Shown: piece by piece, positions 27,457 to 42,622 of the stretch
How positions within the stretch are numbered: position 1 is the stretch's first letter
Layout of the letters: each line of letters starts with the position of its first letter
Assembly: GCF_009914755.1 (NCBI RefSeq)
Contig: NC_060940.1
Direction: 5' to 3' (one strand)
Length of the DNA stretch: 64,000 bases
Source of the DNA: the human T2T-CHM13v2.0 reference genome, Homo sapiens
Made by a program: the position numbers and the translations under genes
Notes under the pieces: generated by a model
Database searches by the model: none
What the model was told of the DNA's origin: nothing
The model's input: the letters and a program-made list of their open reading frames with translations, nothing else

Positions 27457-28223
27457 TACAAACAAATTAAAAAACTTTCTATGCTTATGAATTGGAAGAA
27501 TGAATATTTTTAAATGGCCATACTGCCCAAAGCATTCTACAGATTTAACATTATTCCTATCAAACTATTCTAAAATTCATATGGAACCAAAGAAAAGCCC
27601 CAGGTAGCCAAAGCCATCCTGAGCAAAAGGAACAAAGCCAGAGGCATCACATTACCCAATTTCAGACTGTACTACAAGGCTATAATAACCAAAACAGCCA
27701 TTGTACTTGTATAAAAACAGACATATAGACCAATAAAACAGGACAGAGAACCCAGACATAAAGCTCCACATCTACAACCATGTAATCTTCAACAAAGTCG
27801 ATGATAACAAGCAATGGGAAAAGTACTCCCTATTCAATAAATAGTGATGGGATAACTGGCTAACCATATGCAGGAGATTGAAACTGGACCCCTTTCTTTC
27901 ACCATACACAAAAATCAACTCAAGATGGATTAAAGACTTAAACGGAAAACCTAAAACTATAAAAACCCTAGAAGAAAACCTAGGAAATACCATTCTGGAC
28001 ATAGGCCTTGGCAAAAATTTCATGACCAAGGCTCCAAAAGCAATTGAAACAAAAACAACAATTGACAAATGGGACCTAACTGAACTAAAGAGCTTCTTCA
28101 CAGCAAAATAAACTATCAACAGAGTAAATAGACAACCTACAGAACGGGGGAAAATATTTGCAAACTATGCATCCAACAAAGGTCTAATATCCAGAATCTA
28201 TAGGAAACAAACAAATTAACAAG

Positions 28224-28654
28224 TGTTGCAGACCCTGGTGGACTGAACAAAGGAGGACAAATGCGGGAATAAAGACAAAGATAAAAGAATATGTTTGGAA
28301 GAAGGGGTAGGGGGCTCCTTGCTTCTAGTGAACAAGGGCCCTGAGCTTCTACAGCCCTTCATATTTATTGAGTAAAAGAGATAGAGAGAAAGGGGGTGGT
28401 TGTCAGTCAGCTGCTTGATTTAGTGCAGGCCTGCATGGCTGCTTTCTTAGAACAGTAGGCTCCAGATGTTCCAGTAGATAACCTCAAGGAGCATGGTGCC
28501 AGGGAGTGATTGCCCTCAGAATACCTTCTGGTGGCAGGCGCAGATGTGAGTTTACCCTCATCCTGCATTCATGATCAACAGTTTTCTGTTTGACCAAATA
28601 GCCTCCAGTGGAATGCTGAGTTGGTCACGACCCTCAGCCTTTCAGCTCCCAACA
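28224..28654 (-). mobile_element. LTR3-like (HERVK3/HML-6) solo LTR
   Basis: TG...CA termini, 431 bp, perfect 6-bp TSD aacaag (betaretrovirus-type); AATAAA on the minus strand. Confidence 0.8.
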
Positions 28655-28720
28655 AACAAGCAAAAAATAACCCCATTAAAATATGAGCAAAGAACATGAA
28701 CAGACACTTCTCAGAAAATA

Positions 28721-29440
28721 TTTATTATGCACCTACTAAGTTCCCAGCACTGTGCTGTAATATGGGGAAGAAAAACAATGGTGAATAGATATATATTAAG
28801 TTCCTGCTGTCATGGATTTTATCTTCTAAAGACAGAAGCAGACAGAGCCAATAAAGCACAAGACTAAATGTAAGTGCAGTGAAACAGAGATACATTCAAA
28901 CATGAAAGCCTATAACAGATAATTTAACTTGGACCAGGGGGTTAGGAAATTCTTTCCCTGAAGAAGGCCTGATTGACTCAAGATCTGAAGGTTGAGTAGG
29001 TTTTTCTTATGCAAAAGGGAGGGCAGGGTGTTCCAAACAGAAGGTACAACATGTGAGACTGCCCCACAGAAGAAGGCTGGTATAGTGGGGGCAGTCTTTT
29101 GACATTTGAGTGGCATTTGAACCACTCTGGCTGAAATGGGGGTGGAGTTTGGTGGAAGAGGCTGGTGTAAGCAAGAGTCAAACAATGCAGCATGTTTCCT
29201 AAGACCAACAGGAAGCTCCTGAAGGGTTTTTCAGCAAGTGAATGACACAATCAGACTTTCATTTGAAAAGATCACTTGGCATCTGAGGGATAATTGGTTG
29301 TATGGGACCCACAGAGAATAAGGGAAGGCCAATGCGCAGCGAGTTGAGGATAGGTGTTGTAATAATCCAGATGAGACATGATAGCAGTTTTGCCTATAGT
29401 GACAATAAAATGGAAGGAAGGGGGTATATTTGATGTTGTT
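28721..29440 (-). mobile_element. L2 fragment
   Basis: gcacctactaagttcccagcactgtgc..tttgaaaagatcacttggc..aataatccagatgagacatga. Confidence 0.7.
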
Positions 29441-30739
29441 GATTACCACAGAGCCAAAGTGAGTGTCCTCAAAAGCCAAAGGGCATGTGCCAAGCACATA
29501 GCTCTCCAATAAACTGGTTTCAACGAGTCTAAAGTTTAGAGAATCTGAAAAGTAGATTGGTAATACTTCACAAACGTCTCTCATAACTGAGCTTTTGAGA
29601 AGGCCTAGAGTTTAGATTGAAATTATCTACCAGGAACTGGGATATTATGTCCACAGACCCAATGGTGACATATATAGTTTTCTCTGGAGCTAGAGGTATA
29701 GTTAGAAATTAACATCCTCCTGTAAAAGTCAAAGATACTGCTGTATACAATTGCATATATTTATATAGGTGTAAATTTATGGGTATATATGTTTAAGCTA
29801 ATAATAAGTAACTCTATACAGTTATTCATAAATGTGAGGACAGATCTTCCCAGTTAATTGAGGGGTTTTTTGTGTATGTCTTTGTACAGTGCTCAGGTTA
29901 AAAACAACATTTTCAGGTGTTGTGACATGGTGTCATTTATGTCAGGTAGAACCATTTGCATTCACTATCAAAGACACTTTTCCAAATAAATCTACCTCTT
30001 GAACAATACTATCCAGACAAGAATTATTCTTGTTCAGGTATGACTCAGTTTATATGGGCAAGAAGTTTTATAGCTAGCTTTTTTTGTTTTTTACAAGGTA
30101 CACTTTATGTAGAATGCTAGTGTGATAAATGGGTAAGACCATAGATTTAAAAGGTCAAGTTTGTGGATTCAATTCCTGTGTGGGCCAACTAGCTCCAAAT
30201 CAGAATCATAGGATTTACAGCTTGAAGGAATTTCAGAGGTAATCTCATGCAAAAACAAAATTTTACAAATGAGAAACATGAGACACAGGGGATGACTTCT
30301 CCAAGGTCACCAAGCAGTCAAGCAGTCTAGTGACAGAGTTGTTTTCAAAATATACTAAACACCAGGTCATTTGACTCTGAAGAACACTACACAACTATAC
30401 TCTTGCATAAATACAAGTTGCTGTTCTTATTCTGATGAGCCAACTGACAGATATTTTATGTTTATGGTTTGCAAATATGGAAAATCAGACTAAGGAAAAA
30501 GAGGAGGGTTTTTACTGGAAATACACTAGGTGGGTCACAGATTCAAAGGAAGGTAGAAGCAATCAACCCCAGGCAAGTACTGTAACCAGGGCATCATAAG
30601 AGATCTCAGTAGTAGAGGCCCCAGAATTGGGTCCCTAGAAATTACCATTGGCTTTTCCATTTTTAAGCTTAGACTAAAAATAAAATTTCCAGGAGATAGT
30701 GTTCCTTCTATTATAGAATGGTCTAGTTTGTATCTGACC

Positions 30740-32590
30740 AATAGTCCCAACAAGAATGATTACTAAATCTAGACATTTTAAAATATATTTTTGAAGCCAT
30801 TGAAGGGCTACCAAAGTAGGCAGGATATGAGAAAAGCCCAATTTTTTTTTTTACCAATTTTCCATTTGAGGCATTTGCCAATTCTAAAGCAACAGAAAAG
30901 TGAGAAGCTAATCAGAAAGTGATGACTAAAGGGTTAAAAAGATAAGCCACTCTTTCAGATGTCCCAGGGTGCTGGATAAAAGTAGAAATCATAGCTAATA
31001 AGCAGTAAAACTTGAGGGGCCAAGCTCACCACAAAGACTGGAGTAAGCTTTACAGTTGGCTTCTGCATTTCCTCTTGAAGCACTTAAAAAAATTTTTGCC
31101 CAGTGGCTTAGAGGCTAAAAAACCAAGCAGAAAGCAGAAACTAAAATCCTGAGAAGCTAAACAACATTTATAGTCATCTCACAATGGTGGGGAGACAAAA
31201 ATTGAAGTTTGCAACTAGCCAAAAGTAAGAGGCTCTGGTAAACACCCCCAAGGTTTTGACTGAGCTTCTGAAGGACTCCAGTCTGGAATCAAGGGCAAAA
31301 TTGATATGGACCATCCCTTACAGAAATAAACCTAGCTTCCAATCAAATCAGTGTCATACTGGATAAAATCAATTTGTCTCTAGTTTAACTGACTTCCAAA
31401 AATCAAAAGTATGCCCAGTTAAAAGATTAACTTAGGCACATTAAATTTTTTAAGACTTTGAGCAGAAGGTGATTCATGAATTGGATAGTGCCAGACTACA
31501 TGTGATTCAGGGCTCCATTGCAGGAGCATGAAAGGAAGGCTTATAGGGTGACTGCAAAGGCAAGGCAAATAGAAAATATTGGCAAAAAGAAAATATTGAT
31601 TGGTTAAATTGGAGCAATAGCCTTATTTAGATCATTCCAGTGGAAAGTCCCTAGTTAAAGGTTAGATGGTGATTTCTGATTGGTTAGGCTTAAGATTTGT
31701 TTTACTCTTTAGAATGAGTTGAGTTTCAGTTTGCTTATGTAGGAACCCAGGGTGCTAGAGCACCTTAACCTAATAGTCTCCCAAATAATTTTAACAATCC
31801 TTCCTAGAGAAAGATATCATCCAGAGTTTCTACAGTGTTTTACACATTTGTCTGGCATTTAGTGAAGTTATCAGACACATCAAGAGATGGAACAAGAAGA
31901 GGAAAATCAGTATACTTGCTTATCAAATAGAGATTTTAAAATAACTGATATATCCAAAAAAACAGATGAAAATATGGAGAATTTAATCAAAGAACTGTCA
32001 CCTACATCAAATAATCAAATGTAAATTCTAAAACTAAAATAAAATGCAAAAACCAAAATTAAGAATTAAATAAATATTTAAGATACCAGAGTAGGCACAG
32101 AGGACAGAAAATTAGTCTATCTGAAGATATGTCAGTAGAACGTGTCATTAATGCAACACAGAAATAAATGAAATGATGAGACATGCATACAAATGTATAA
32201 AAGATATAGGAGACTACTTGAAAAACTCTAACATTCATGTAATGAGATATCTAGTAGGAGAGGAGAAATGTACTGGTACAGAATAGAAGAAGCAATTTTT
32301 TAAGAAAAATTTCCCAAACTGACAAACTAGCAAACCATAGAGGCAAGAAACTCTATGAACCTCAAGTAGGAATAATACAAAAACTGAACAAACAAACTTC
32401 CTAGGCACATCATGGTAGAGCTTCTAAAATCTAACGGCAATGAGAAAGTTTTAAAAGCAGCCACAGGAAAAATTAGGTTTACCTTCAAAAAAACAACAAT
32501 AAGAATTATTGATGACTTCTCAACAGTAACAATGAAAGTCAAAAGACAATGGAATAACATCTTGGAAGTGCTAAAACAAATTCCCATTGA
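30740..32590 (+). mobile_element. Old L1M 5' region/ORF1 with a nested LTR
   Basis: ORF 32412-32615 (EKVLKAA..IDDFSTVTMKVKRQWNNILEVL) resembles L1 ORF1p. Confidence 0.65.
31418..31796 (-). mobile_element. ERV1-class LTR (MER67-like)
   Basis: gttaaaagattaac..gattcatgaattgg..tgattggtta..aattttaaca. Confidence 0.6.
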
Positions 32591-34465
32591 CAAAATACTT
32601 TTAGACTTTCTTTGACCAAATTTCCATCCCTGTGGAGGGTTGGGCACTACAGAATGAAAGTTTTCCAAAGAAAACAGGGGCTAGGAACAGTATAAGAAAT
32701 AGAAAAGAAATATGTAGGGCAAACAGAAATAGGCATTATCTATGTACTGATTTAATCCTCACAAATTTCTATGGAAGGCAGAGAGGTAGTTTGCCAAAGG
32801 GCATTCAGTGAGCTGTCAAGATGGGACTCATATCCAGATCTAACTTCCAACTCATTCCCTTAACCTTTATTTCCCGTAGAATGCCTTTAAGAAAGAAGAA
32901 AGCTAGCAGTCAGATCAGCTGAGTCAAACCTGGCAGTTCCAGGAAGGCAGATTTTGCAGCCTGATCACCCACCTACCCAAAGAGGAATCTTTTTAGCACT
33001 CCAGGGAAAAAAAGCAATCTTTCTTAGAGATTAAAATATCAAAAGAACTGGCAGTGCTACACTTATGTAAAATGCCTAGCTCATCTATTTACCAGCTAAT
33101 GTACAAAATTGTGATTCCAATCAAGAATCTAACTCAAAAGAAGGGACTCATTACTGTCCTGTTTATAAATAAAAACAAGGACAACACACATCAGAAGAAT
33201 AACCCAAGTAAATTAAATTCACTCCCATGAAAGAATAGTGATAACAAATAGTGTGACCATTTGTCTTATTTGGTTGATATTATGTCTCAACATATAAAGG
33301 GATGGATGGAGCTGTGTAGCTGATGCAGTTGCTTAAAATCTTGCTATTTTGGTGAATTACATCCATGGTAAGGTGAAATAAATACCAAGCTAAGGACTTC
33401 TCTCGGAACTTTGCCAAATATTCACTCTTCTTCTGTAGTGATTAAGAAGTCACAGAGGGGTTATTTTTTCAACCTTCAAAATCAGATTAAATGAACATAC
33501 ATTAAAAGAGGACAGCACTTCAGAAAAATTACACAGGCCCTTCAGAATAAATTTCAAACCTACTTGTCTGGCAGAAGTGACTCATTTAGTTTTGAGTGGT
33601 GTTTTCTTATTTTGAGCATCCATTTCATCATCCAAAAACACCCTGTCAGATCAGTCTTAGACACCGCCTATTAAAATGTTAAACTTCACCTGATAAAATG
33701 TAATTATAGCATTCCTGACATTTTTACATAGCACACACATGCTTCAAGCCAATTTTGCTGGAGTTAAGATTATTCCTTTAGATGTGTGAATGCATGATGA
33801 AACTGTAAGGAAATATCAATATGTCAAACTCTAATATAGTTGAGAACCTAGTTCCAAAATAAATATGAAAACGAAACCAGAACGTGCATAAAAAGAATAA
33901 AAATGGTGACAAAGGCCATCAAAATACTTGGAGAGCTCACCAATTTATGTAATTAAATAAAGACAAAGATGCCATTCAATAGACAGTTATTTAAATGCTT
34001 ATGAGTCAATATTTCACTTTATTGGGGCAGTGGTTCCTCACCTGGGGAGCTTTTCAGAAGCTTCATATTTATACACCATTATCACTCACTCTGGAAAAAG
34101 TCAGCTGTCATGTTATAGGGTCATTTGAACTGCCGTGGACGCTCCAACAGCAAGGAAGTGAAGTCTTCTGCCAACACACTCCACTGGATTTTACTAATAT
34201 CCATACTCCATTTCATACTATTTGAGTTAGGATTTCTAGAGATAGGATCCAGGTACCAGTATTTTTAATAGCTTCCCCATCACCAGTTATTCTAATATCT
34301 ACATTGGTCGTGTGTGGCCGTGGTCAACAATTGCTGTAATCATCATCATATAATTAACACCTGAGAGTAGTTAGATGGTTAGGTCAGCCTGCTTATACAT
34401 TATCCTTAAGTCTGCATTTCATCCTATCCATAGTCCAAGTAACAAAGTCCTTTGGATAAATTGAG

Positions 34466-34987
34466 GGGCAGCGGTATAGAGAGATGTCCACAAGTTCTTT
34501 GATATTTCTCCATTAAAAAAGTGGGGCCTAACTCCACCTCTTGAGTGTGGGCTGGACTTAGGGACAGAAAGTGGCAGAAGTCACAGTATGTAACTTCTAA
34601 GATTAGGTCATAGAAAACATTGTACAGAAAGCATTCCTCCTTGCTCTTTCCTGAATCACTCACTCTGGGAAAAGTCAGCCACCACGTTGTAGCCTCCTCT
34701 CAAATGCCCTATGGAGAGGCCCACACAGCAAGGAGCTGAGGACTCCTGCCAACAGCCATGCGAGTGAGCCATCCTGAAAGTGGATCCCTCAATCCCAATC
34801 AAACTTTCAGATGACCACATCCTCAGCGAACATCTTGATTTCAATCTCATCAAAGACCCTGAAACAGAACCGCCCAGCTAAGATGCTCTTGAATTCCTGA
34901 CCCAAAGAAACTGTGAAATAATAAAGGTTCAATATTTCAAACTAAGTTTGGGGATACTTTGATACATAAAAATAGAAAACTAATACA
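34466..34987 (+). mobile_element. MLT1F-like solo LTR
   Basis: gagtgtgggctggactta..gagaggcccaca..gaaactgtgaaataataaa..aactaataca. Confidence 0.85.
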
Positions 34988-36119
34988 GGCAGTCAGTCTT
35001 CAAAAACAAATACCAAAAAATTAGGATTGTCCACCAGTCTGTAAAGAGGCCTAACATCATGCCTAACGTGTGGCAGGCATTCAATAACTATTGTGAACAA
35101 ATAAATGATTGATTGATAAATGATTACCTTCCACTTTTGAACAATGGAAGTTTCCATTCTCTAGCACTCCACAAAGTAGTAGAAGTCTATGTCTATTTTG
35201 CAATAATCACCAAGAATTTTGTCTACATAAAGCCTAAAATTTGAAGGAATTAAGCCTCTAATCAGCAGAAATATGTCTCTATTACTAGAAACAACTAATA
35301 TTATGTTCTGTTTGGACTCACTAGAAAATACCTTCTTGTCATTTTTGCCCATTTGGGAAATCTTCACTGCTCTGAATGTTGTTTTCTTAGCTTTTTATTC
35401 TGCAAATTGATATGGCTTTCCTTGCCTCCAAAAATTCTGAATCCAGCATCAAACAATCCAATTGCCTTAAATAACTAATTAATTATCACATTCTGTTGCT
35501 AATGCAACGTTCCTCACTTCACCCATTGTAATCAGCTTGTCTCTTCTCATTAAGTCTTTGGGGAATATAATTATTCTCATTCACTGTTCCATGCACCTTC
35601 TTACTTACCCATTTCTTGGATAGAGCGGTTTGTTTTCTTCTTTCTCATTTGGGAAGCAGGTGAGCTCTCCACAGCTGTGGTTCCTGAGTCTTATAAGAAT
35701 CACCCAGTGAACTTGAGGAAAATGTAGCTACTTCGGTGTTGCTTCCAGAGACCCTACTATTGCGGAACTAGGGATGGTTCCCCAAATCGTATTTTGTAAC
35801 AGACTCTTAAGTTGTTGAAGAAACCATTGCATCTAAAAATCCCTGTGTTTTGTTAAAAAACAAAACATGATCCTCTTCATCCATTAAAATATTCTTGTGC
35901 TTTTGTAATTTTAAAAGGGATACACACATGGTCCGAAGAATGTAAAAAAAAAAAACATACGTTTTCCAAGTTATATCTTAAACAATGCAAAGGCCATTGA
36001 CAACTGGCATGGGTGAGAAGTGGTTCCTCTTTCCTTCTCAGCTTGTTGCCAGCATCTCAACAGGGATGGGTCCTCTAGGATTGGTTCAAGGGCCTCCTTC
36101 ATGGTTACTATAGAACTAA

Positions 36120-36581
<462 letters not shown>

Positions 36582-36840
36582 TAGTTTAACAAATGGGGCC
36601 AGGGCATATTTGGTAATGTAATCAAAGTGGGGGCAAAATGATAGATATTCTTTTAACATAATAATGCCAAGCATATGAGCCAAGAGGAGCCATTAGCGTA
36701 ATAACGCACAGGAGCCAAGAGGAGAAACATCATGGCAGGATAAATGGTTTAATTTTTCAGGAGGGTAGATGCTCTGCCCACATGGTCTGAAATCACCATC
36801 TTCTTTCAACCTAGCCACACCTTCCCTGGGCTTATTTTCA

Positions 36841-37260
<420 letters not shown>

Positions 37261-38738
37261 TCAAAAGTGAAGAGTTTAGTTCTATAGTAACCGTGAAGAA
37301 GACACTTGCACCAATCTTAAAGGACTCATCTCTGTTGAGACTCAATAAGCTGAGAAGAAAAGAGGAACCACTTCTCACCCATGCCAGTTGTCAATGGCCT
37401 TTGCATTGTTTAAGATATAACTTGGAGAGGTTTTGTTTTTTTTACATTCTTTGGACCATATGTGTGTCACTTTTGCTACTATTGAGATTGTTTAATAATA
37501 AACTGGGGCATCACTCCCTTCTACTCTTAAGGGTTTAGTTATGAGGTTTTAGTAACACCCTACAGTACTAGCAGCGATAAATTATCTACCATTATTAAAG
37601 GCAAGTAACACTTTCCACGAACTCAAATATGAAGGATTGCATATATTCATAACTTACTATTTTCAAGCTGAAAGCTGTTTCCAGGAGCAACCATTTGTTT
37701 CTAAACAGGCAGAGAAACATTAGACCAGCTAAAAATCCCAAAGATCCATCAGCCCACGCACATAGGTTTCCAGCGTGATCACACCTGGAGAAGTTACACC
37801 CATGGAAAAACAAATGAAGCCAATAGCATGTTCTTCTAAGTCCACATTTGTCCTGGGCAAGTAAGAAACAGACTGTTTTTTAGGAGGCTATGTGCATTTT
37901 AGGCAGGGTAACATACCTTTCCTTCATTGTGTCAGCAGGTAGGGTGCCCTCTCAAAGCCCATGTGGGTTTTATTTTCCAGCTACTCCTGGCAGGAAACTG
38001 ACTACTCTAATGTGACTGGCACATGGACATGTAGCCTCCCCTCCAGGAGGTGGATCAAGTTGACTTTTAAGAAATATGCTTTCTGTCTCTGACTGCGTTT
38101 GTTTTGTTGGCAGGCTCACAGAATGCCAAGGCTCCCGGGGAATTGCAGTCTGGATGGCTGGCCAGCAGGTTCTGCCAAGAGGCCTGCCTGCCTGAGCCAA
38201 GAGGAGCACATTTCCTCCTGCAAGGGGCTGCTTTCTTACCTTCTCACCTTCTCTGTCCTGTGTCCGGAATCACCCATGGTGCTGCCTTATTTAAGAGTTC
38301 AGAATCTCGCTGGGTTTTTTGCCTCCCATGTGGAGTTGAGGGTTTGGGAAACTGAAGATTTTGCTTTTTTTCAAAATCAACAGTAAATGATATCCTTGGT
38401 TCCAGAGATTTCCAAACTTTTTTTTTAAGCAGGAGGACTATAATAGAACTTTCTAAGATGAAGGAAATCTTCCACATTTTGATTGGGGTGATATTTATAG
38501 GGGAATATACTTTGGTCACAGTCCACTGAATGTATATTTAATATGTATATATTTGACCATATGTAAATTATACTTTGATTAAACTAACTTTTAAAAACAT
38601 GGAACTTAAGCCCAATAAATAAGATAGATCTTTTAATAATAAATCATTTGGGTTCCAGTTCTGGGTAAGGTAGAGAAAGCGTAACCCACTTTGTCTCTCC
38701 CATAGATGACAACTAAAAACTCTGGAAATAATGCGTGT

Positions 38739-39050
38739 GACCGGGCACGGTGGCTCATGCCTGTAATCCCAGCACTTTCAGAGGCCGAGGCAGGTGGATC
38801 ATGAGGTCAAGAGATCGAGACCATCCTGGCCAACATGGTGAAACCCCATCTCTACTAAAAATACTAAAATTAGCTGGGTGTGGTAGCATGCGCCTGTAGT
38901 CTCAGCTACTTGGGAGGCTGAGGCAGGAGAGTCACTTTAACCCGGGAAGCGGAGGTTGCAGTGAGCCGAGATCACACCACTGCACTCCAGCCTGGCAACA
39001 CAGTGAGACTCTGTCTGAAAAAAAAAAAAGAAAAGGAAAAAGAAAAAGAA
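38739..39050 (+). mobile_element. AluSc-like
   Basis: gtcaagagatcgagaccatcctggcc. Confidence 0.93.
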
Positions 39051-39944
39051 TGTTACAGCACCTGAGGACTCTGAAAAGGAAATTGTAGCCAGCTGATTGG
39101 GAACAAAAGAAAACAGAACTTAAAGCAAGACAATCCAGCAATGAGTTTTCTAGTCTTTTTTTTCTTCTGCCAGTATCCGCAGCCTGAATCGGAAAGCATG
39201 CTAAAGCCCAGAATTTGGCACTGGGTGCAGACTGTTAAGAACTCCAAGAGAACCCTCTCTTTCTAGTCTAAGAAATGAGAGGGGTACCCCTAAGGGTCAT
39301 GGGTGGGAAGTAATTTCCTCTACTTACGCTTTCTCCACACTCTCCTGCCCAGCTCACAAGCCATCCTACAACAGCAGTGGCAATGGTGATGGCAGCAGCA
39401 GCTGGGGAAGTGCCTAAAACTTTGAAGAAGGAAGACTCTTCTCTCTGACCAAAGGAACTATGGCTTCAAGAGCATGGAAAGGATCTGCACTGCTCTTTTA
39501 CTATTTCTATCCTCCTGCCTCTTTGTCTTGGGACAAAGTCATGGGAAGTGCAGAGAAGAGGGAAAAATAAAGCTCTGGATGGATTTCTAGCCAGAAGTGA
39601 AAGAAGGTGCAAAGGGTCTATGGGAGCCAGAAAGTGTTAGGGAAATTGCAGAGAGGAAACAGCAAAAAAATAGTGATTTCTTAAAGCTGTATATGGATTC
39701 CTAAAATCATTTCCAAGCTGTGCATGCATAAATATGTCCCTAAACAACATACCAAAGACTTTGAAAACTGACAGATGAGGCAGCCCATCCCGCAGGTGTC
39801 AGACAGGCCAAGGGGTATTATATACACAGAACAGATCTGAGTAGTGCATAGAGCCCACTGAAAACTGAAGGACGTTAGAACTGAAGCCCGTATGAACTAG
39901 GTCAGAACTTGCAGCCTGAATCCACCTGGGTTAACTGCTTGTGT

Positions 39945-40253
39945 TTTCTGTTTTTTGTTTTTTGGGGTTTTTTTTAGATGAAGTCTCGCTTTGTCGCCCA
40001 GGCTGGAGTCCAGTGGCATGATCTTGGCTCACTGCAACCTCCGCCTCTAGGTTCAAGCGATTCTTCTGCCTCAGCCTCCCAAGTAGCTGGGACTACAGGT
40101 GCCCGCCAACACACCCGGCTAACTTTTCTATTTTTAGTAGAGATGGGGTTTAGCCATGTTGACCAGGCTGGTCTCAAACTCTAGACCTCGTGATCTGCCC
40201 ACCTCAGCCTCCCAAAGTGCTGGGATTACAGGCATGAGCCACCACGCCCAGCT
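39945..40253 (-). mobile_element. AluS
   Basis: Full antisense Alu. Confidence 0.95.
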
Positions 40254-41429
40254 GTACTTTTTGTTTTAATCAATGCTTTGTCAGGAATTAAACAAGACCC
40301 AGAGTCTTATAACGCAGTATTCAAAATGTCCAGAATAGAATTCAAAATTACTTGATACATGAAGAGCCAATAAAATTTCAATAGCTTGCAAGTGAAGAGG
40401 CAATTAACAGATGCTAACCCTCAATAACACAGATGCTGAATGTCAGAATTATCAAATACTTTAAAGCAACTATTTATCTATGCTGCAAGAAGTAAGCAGG
40501 GACATACTTAAACAGAAAGTCTCAGTAGGAAAATAAATAATCTAAACAAAGAAACCAGTGGAAATTTAAGAACTGAAAAATCTACCACCAAAAACAAAAA
40601 ATTCACTAGAAGGACTCAATAGTAGAACGAATGTAACAAAGAAAAAGTCAGTGAACTTGAAGAAAGACCAATAGAAATGGTCCAACGTGAACAAAAAGGA
40701 GAAAAACTATTGATTAAAAGAATGAATAGACTCAGAGTCAATCAGACAACCCCAAAAGGTCTAATGTTTATTTCATCAGATTCTCAGAAGGAGAGGAGAA
40801 AGTGTGGTGCAGAAATATTTTTGAAGAAATAATGACTGAAAACTTCACAATTTGGCAAGTTTTTATAGTTAAGAAATTTCAGCTCCTCCAAACATGGATC
40901 CCTAAACCTGTACAAATCCATGTCCGCAAATGTAATAATGAAACTGCTGAAAACTAAGGACAAAGAAAATAACTTGAAAGCAGCCAGAAAAAAACCAATC
41001 ATTATTTACAGAGAAACCACAATCTGAATGCCTGTGGATTTCTCATCAGAAACCATAATAAGTAGCACAACATTCTTCAAATGCTATAAAAAATAATTAT
41101 TTTAACCTCAAAACAGAATTCTATGTTAAGTGAAAATATTCTTCAGGAATTAAAATTATTGTTAAAAGACATTGTCAGATGAAGGAAAACTAAGACAATT
41201 CATTGCTAGTAGACCGTCTGTAAACAAAATGCTAATACCAGATGGAAAATTGGAGAAAGAGCAACAGAAATCATAAACATTTGGGTAAATATAATAGACT
41301 GTTTTTTCTGCTCAAGTTCTTTAAAATATGTTTGATGTTTGACAGTTGAAACCAAAGTTTAAATTTTTTTTCTGAGAGGTTTTTATGTAGACATAATACA
41401 TGCGACAACTACAATAGAAAGGTGAAAGA

Positions 41430-41790
41430 TAAATTATGATACATCCATATGTTGGAATACTATTTAGTCATGAAAAGGAATAAACTATCGAATCTCAAAT
41501 GGATTATGGCACCTGAAGTTTCAAGAGGCTATATCTGCGTGATTTCATTCATTTGATATTCTGAGATAGGCAAACTATGATGATGAAGAAGAGATAAGTG
41601 GTTGTCAGGGGTTAGGAAGAGGAGGAGGGCTTGGCTGCTGCAGGCCAGTAAGAAGGTGTCTTCTGCAATAACAGAACAGTTCTGTGCCCTGATTATGGTA
41701 ATGGTTACATTAATCTACTTATACATGTGTTAACCTTTACACCAACAAAAAATATTACTGTTTATAAATTTAAAAAATAATTTTTAAAAA
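41430..41790 (+). mobile_element. L1ME/MC-type 3' end
   Basis: ggaatactatttagtcatgaaaaggaa..agtggttgtcagggg..tgattatggtaatggttaca. Confidence 0.65.
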
Positions 41791-41814
41791 TGAATCATTT
41801 TGTCCTCATTCTGA

Positions 41815-42113
<299 letters not shown>

Positions 42114-42622
42114 CACTTAGTCTTCATGCAAATAAGCTTAATACAAAAAAAAAAATCATGAGACAACAAGAAACATTTGATCAATGGCTGGGATACTTGA
42201 TGGTATTAGAAAACCATTGCTAATTTTGGGGTGTAATCATGGTATTGTTATTATGTTATCTAAAATAGTTCTTAATATCTTTCAGATCTTACTGAAATGT
42301 TTTTTACTAATGAAATTCTATCTTGGGTTAGCTTCAACATATTTATTCTCAAGGAAGGGGGCAATGCAAGCAGGTGTGCTGATGAAACAAGACTGGCCAA
42401 GGGTTGATCATTGTTGGAGCTGGAAAATGAATATGTGAGCTTTATCACACTTTGTTGAAATGTTTATGTTAAAGAGTTTCCATCATTAAAAGCTCTTAAA
42501 AGAAATGAAAAGGGTTGCTTCAAGTTAAAATGAAGCTGGAGATCACAGGTATATTTATTTGCTCCCATCTCTCCAATAGTACCCATTTGGACTAATTTCA
42601 ATTAACTTCTAGCATTCTATGA

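Larger units (their letters stand above)
26350..28720 (+). mobile_element. L1 ORF2 internal fragment, interrupted by an LTR and lacking its 3' end
   Basis: Recognisable ORF2 with stops and frameshifts; continues at 28661-28720 after the LTR. Confidence 0.93.
38645..41420 (+). mobile_element. Old L1M 5'UTR/ORF1 region with two nested Alus
   Basis: ttccagttctgggtaaggtag start; ORF1-like agtgaacttgaagaaagaccaatagaaat, aacttgaaagcagccaga, gatttctcatcagaaacc. Confidence 0.7.

Noticed and set aside
32918-32926. GCTGAGTCA (ARE/AP-1-like motif)
   Set aside because: Single short motif with imperfect flanks, expected by chance in 64 kb.
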